From assembly GCA_052426225.1 (NCBI GenBank), contig JBNJNM010000010.1:124001-188000 (forward strand): a stretch of 64,000 nt of DNA, read 5' to 3'. Positions 60,339 to 64,000 of this stretch are shown piece after piece. The notes under the pieces are model-generated. The model did no database searches. It saw nothing but the letters and a program-made list of their open reading frames with translations, and was not told the origin of the DNA. Each line of letters starts with the position of its first letter. Position 1 is the stretch's first letter. A program made the position numbers and the translations under genes. Source of the DNA: Zancudomyces culisetae HAW-14-8 (taxonomy: Eukaryota; Fungi; Kickxellomycota).

Positions 60339-62210
60339 ATGGAAGTAGATAGCAAGCAAGCGGGAGAGACGCTAATTGGATATAGTAGTGCACAAAGATT
60401 GAGCCCCGAAACTGATGCGAATAAAAGTGTAAAAAGCGAGTTGGAGAGCTGGGATCAAACAGGCGATGTGAATACCCCCATGGGGAGATATGATGGATCA
60501 AGTTCATACCATTTGGGAGGAGCCAAAGAGCAAGAAGGTATCGAGTATAGCTCGGCGTTAACAAAAAATAGCAAAGAAGAATCAACTGAGAAGTATGACA
60601 TAGAAACATCAGTCAATAATGGTGAAACGGACGAAACTGAAGCAAAATCAAATGAGAAAGCTGAGGAAAAGATAAAGGCGGAGGTGGGTGTATTTAAAGA
60701 AAGTGCAAAAGATGAAAATCCAATCTATATTCCTAAAAAGGAGGTGGTTGGTGAAATAAAAATAAACGAGAGTTCAAGAACACCACTTCCAAAGAGAGTT
60801 CGGAATGTGGCACGCGACCTGGAAGTCTTGGCTCAAGTAACGGCATCTAGCCCGCAACTTACCAGCGTAATTAACGGAGCTAAAAAAGAGTTTCGAACTA
60901 CTCCAAGGGTGGTGCGATCTAAACGGGAAATCCAGACCGAATATATACAAAGAAAAAGAGGAAGGGTCCGTGAGGGCAGGAAAAGAGGAGGTAGCAAGAA
61001 AAGTGGAGCATTGAAACTTGGTTCCGAGACGGATGATGGACAGGATGAATCGACACAGTCAGAAGATGAGGCCAGCTTTATAAGGCGAAGTTGTAAGGCA
61101 AAGCGAATAACTAGAAGTTATCTTCAAGATAATGTACTGGAAGTTGAAAGCGAAAATGAATGGAATCAAAACCGAGGATATAAGAATAATGATGACCAAG
61201 GGCACAGCGGTATGCGGGAAATGATGTCGCCTACACCATTGTACCGGAGATCAAACACAGAAAGCAGGCAGACATATCCAGTACCAAACCTAGAGAGGGA
61301 GCGGGTAAATGCGGAAAGTAATGTACAAGGGATAAGCACACCGTTATCAAGGTATAGAAGGCCAGGAAGCGAGTTTTTGGCAGGAGGAGAGCATATACCA
61401 GGAACGATGCCAGGAAGCACCACTAGGGGCTTGTTGCGAAAGACAGTCGCAGTAGGCAGTTATAGAGGTGGATATCCAGAAGAGCACATGGCATCACCGA
61501 GGTCGTTTGTGGATCATCGTGTCCGTTATACTAGTTCAGAGACACGGCGGAAAGTTGTGGGAAATAGAATGGTAACCGCTAGATATGTACCTCCAATGAC
61601 TGTTGCGGGAAGAAATGCCAACATCAATACTAATATTTATGTACCAGCAAATGCCATAACCAGCAATAGATATCCACACATTGATCAGATAGAAAAGCGA
61701 TTAGACAGAAATCTTGAGAGCAGCGGTGAAACCACCGAAACCGATGAAGAATGTGTAAATTTAACGCCGTTTTCTCCACCTTCATATCGAATGCGTAGGA
61801 ATATAAATACCAAAGGCGAAATTGGTGGTGCTACGGATATTGGCAGTGGAAGTGGGGAGAATGGAAAGGAGCCAATGTCTGCACGTGCCTCTAGAAAATC
61901 TCTCTCAAGCGGACAAAGATACTTTAACCAAAGCATTCTTGACTCACAGATAAAGAAACTCGGTGAAACAAAACGCGAGACAATTGGTGGTGGGTGCGGA
62001 GGTGACACTACCGAAACTGACGAGGATCAGTCCCAACCTGATGTTCATAACCATCACGCAATAAAACACAGCTATTCGTTAGACAAGAAAAACGAACGCA
62101 ACGATTCAAATTCATGTAGAAAACACAATAGTCTAAAAACACTTTCTAATTTATCTGCTCAGGAACTCAAAATGTTTTACGAAACAAGTAAAAACAATCC
62201 ATTTGGCTAA
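60339..62210 (+). CDS. Hypothetical intrinsically disordered protein (623 aa), probable NLS
   Basis: Long intact ORF, basic cluster RKRGRVREGRKRGGSKK, repeated acidic TETDE motifs. Confidence 0.7.
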   Translation: MEVDSKQAGETLIGYSSAQRLSPETDANKSVKSELESWDQTGDVNTPMGRYDGSSSYHLGGAKEQEGIEYSSALTKNSKEESTEKYDIETSVNNGETDETEAKSNEKAEEKIKAEVGVFKESAKDENPIYIPKKEVVGEIKINESSRTPLPKRVRNVARDLEVLAQVTASSPQLTSVINGAKKEFRTTPRVVRSKREIQTEYIQRKRGRVREGRKRGGSKKSGALKLGSETDDGQDESTQSEDEASFIRRSCKAKRITRSYLQDNVLEVESENEWNQNRGYKNNDDQGHSGMREMMSPTPLYRRSNTESRQTYPVPNLERERVNAESNVQGISTPLSRYRRPGSEFLAGGEHIPGTMPGSTTRGLLRKTVAVGSYRGGYPEEHMASPRSFVDHRVRYTSSETRRKVVGNRMVTARYVPPMTVAGRNANINTNIYVPANAITSNRYPHIDQIEKRLDRNLESSGETTETDEECVNLTPFSPPSYRMRRNINTKGEIGGATDIGSGSGENGKEPMSARASRKSLSSGQRYFNQSILDSQIKKLGETKRETIGGGCGGDTTETDEDQSQPDVHNHHAIKHSYSLDKKNERNDSNSCRKHNSLKTLSNLSAQELKMFYETSKNNPFG

Positions 62211-62304
62211 CTTTGTAACATATATAATCAAATCCCCTTCCCTTCCCCCTTTCTCTCATCCTTTCTTTTTTTATACTTTTTTCTTTTGTAATCCTCCATC
62301 ATGA

Positions 62305-64000
62305 CTAGCCACATCGAATGTTGTAATCTACATTCAATCCTAGGCTTTCGGATCTATAGTATTGTACACTCTCTTCCCTGGCATTTGCAAAGCTTCTACC
62401 AAACGGTGATCTTAAGAACTCCAGTTTGGGATTTTCGTTTGGTTGCTGTTGAAATCTAGATTGGAGGTAAATACGCGTTGGTGATGATAACGGTGTTGGC
62501 GATGGTGATGGTGTTGGCTCTGTTGTTGTTGCTGTTGTTGTTTTTGTTGTTGATACCATTAACAATGATCCTGGTGGCTCCGTCTGTGTTTTTTGCAGTC
62601 CCTTTTGTATATTTTTTTTATAGGTTTTGTTGTTTATGAAATAGTGGTTCATGTTGCTGCAGTATGTTGTTAGTATTGGTCTTTTACCTTGTTTATCATT
62701 TTTGTTTACAGTATTACCATTGCCAATATTACTTTTAGTACTATTACTGGTAACGTTACCACTCTGATTGTTGCCATTCTCGACATTGGTAAGGCTTCTT
62801 CTACCGATTCCTCTTGGCACCTCGCTTTGGCTCGACAACATCTTTGGTTCTTGGTATTCATTCCCGGTCTTGATAACCACCTTGATCTTCTTACTCTGCC
62901 CCACTCCTTTTTGTTTACTTTTTTTCTTGGTCACCATCTTTATCCACATCTCATCATTGATTGCTGATTCAATACAACTTATATAGCTTAGCGGTGCCTG
63001 AATATATCCCATATGCCCTGCTCCCTCTATCTCAAAAAATGGGCATTCGAAACTCTTTGCTAGTTCTCGACCCTTGCCGACCTTCACCACCTGATCTTTA
63101 CTTCCATGAATCACCACAAATCTTTTTGCTACTACATTCCTCCTTTTCCTAATACTCCTTCTCCTTTCCTTGCTGACTCTCCGTTCTTTTTTCTCCTCAC
63201 ATTTTTCTTCCTTTCCTTCCTTTCCTTCCTTTCCTTCTTTTCTCTCTTTTCCTTCCTTTCCTTCTTTTCTCTCTTTTCCTTCCTTTCCCACTCTTTTCAA
63301 CTGCTCACACGAGCTAACACCCAAAACAAATTTCTGATTATGCTTTCTTTTTTCGCCCATTCCCTTTTCTGCCCTCTCTCTGCTCTCTTCTGACTTTTTC
63401 GTGCCCCAAACCTTTATTAAATCTTGTAATTTTTTGGCATTGTTTTCTTCCTCATATACTCCCAATATCAGTTCTTTTATATCTCGCGTACTGATATTAT
63501 GCCCTAAGGCTGCTGCCAGTTGGTTAATATCTCCTGTATGTGTCTTCCAATGTTCCAACATCGTTTTCTTTTGTATATCTGTACGCTTTACAGGTGACTC
63601 CGTCTGCATTCTAGCCAATCTGCTTCTTCTGTTTATAAATACATTACTTGATTTATCACTACCCCTCAATCTATAGTCATTATCACTGAAATAGGCTCTT
63701 TGAGTATGTTTTTCATCACTGCTGTTTCCATATTTTTGTCGTTTCATGTCCGCCAGCGCGCTATCATCTTTTCCTTTTAAATTAGGGTTTACACTCTCAC
63801 TATCCGACAGTTCATCACTTTCATTAGCCGATGTTTCATCATCATGTTCTTCCTGACTATTTTCGTCAAAATCACCATCACCATCATTATCATTATCAAC
63901 ACCCCTGATTCCACCTATTCCCAGATCCCCGTCTACTTCTTTACTATCCTGTTCAGTATGTATGTTTTTACTACCTCCACCATCTTCCTTACTTATAAAG
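62305..64000 (-). CDS. Alpha/beta-hydrolase-fold protein, 3' part (runs off the window), with low-complexity insertions
   Basis: The frame is open to the window edge. GDINQLAAALGH, FVVIHGSKDQVV (acid residue), EGAGHM (catalytic His). The nucleophile motif lies outside the window. Confidence 0.72.
   Translation of the reverse strand, partial: FISKEDGGGSKNIHTEQDSKEVDGDLGIGGIRGVDNDNDGDGDFDENSQEEHDDETSANESDELSDSESVNPNLKGKDDSALADMKRQKYGNSSDEKHTQRAYFSDNDYRLRGSDKSSNVFINRRSRLARMQTESPVKRTDIQKKTMLEHWKTHTGDINQLAAALGHNISTRDIKELILGVYEEENNAKKLQDLIKVWGTKKSEESRERAEKGMGEKRKHNQKFVLGVSSCEQLKRVGKEGKERKEGKEGKERKEGKEGKEGKEEKCEEKKERRVSKERRRSIRKRRNVVAKRFVVIHGSKDQVVKVGKGRELAKSFECPFFEIEGAGHMGYIQAPLSYISCIESAINDEMWIKMVTKKKSKQKGVGQSKKIKVVIKTGNEYQEPKMLSSQSEVPRGIGRRSLTNVENGNNQSGNVTSNSTKSNIGNGNTVNKNDKQGKRPILTTYCSNMNHYFINNKTYKKNIQKGLQKTQTEPPGSLLMVSTTKTTTATTTEPTPSPSPTPLSSPTRIYLQSRFQQQPNENPKLEFLRSPFGRSFANAREESVQYYRSESLGLNVDYNIRCG
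63200..63290 (-). repeat. 9-bp coding repeat encoding KEG/KER
   Basis: GKEGKERKEGKEGKERKEGKEGKEGKEE. Confidence 0.9.

Overview
Eukaryotic, AT-rich, intron-containing DNA of fungal type. Evidence: a velvet-domain gene, DASH subunit Dad1, Msy-type MscS and class-2 DHODH. The combination with FKBP25, NDUFB2 and many short GT-AG introns suggests an early-diverging fungus (inference; the species cannot be determined). About 25 protein-coding loci were reconstructed by hand-splicing: PAN3, velvet regulator, Mid2-like membrane mucin, a secreted repeat protein, DAD1, FKBP25, YSC84/LSB3, NDUFB2, NOP14, eIF2B-beta, an asparaginase pseudogene, MscS-like channel, Dap1/MAPR, SET methyltransferase, NCS6, SLD5, ARC15, DPB4, AMPK-beta, DHODH, PEX39-like, HEM4, an alpha/beta hydrolase and two orphans. 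No rRNA, tRNA or CRISPR was seen. Most notable observations: (1) G-run tracts recur on the sense strand shortly after many stop codons, a candidate 3'-end/termination signal; (2) a 4-exon secreted repeat protein in which a 29-nt microexon encodes most of a KR-flanked peptide, followed by an Arg/Val-rich tail; (3) purine-rich introns without a polypyrimidine tract; (4) G/C skew reversals inside genes; (5) two small spliced genes not recovered by the ORF track (DAD1, PEX39-like). All family assignments come from remembered motifs, not database searches.
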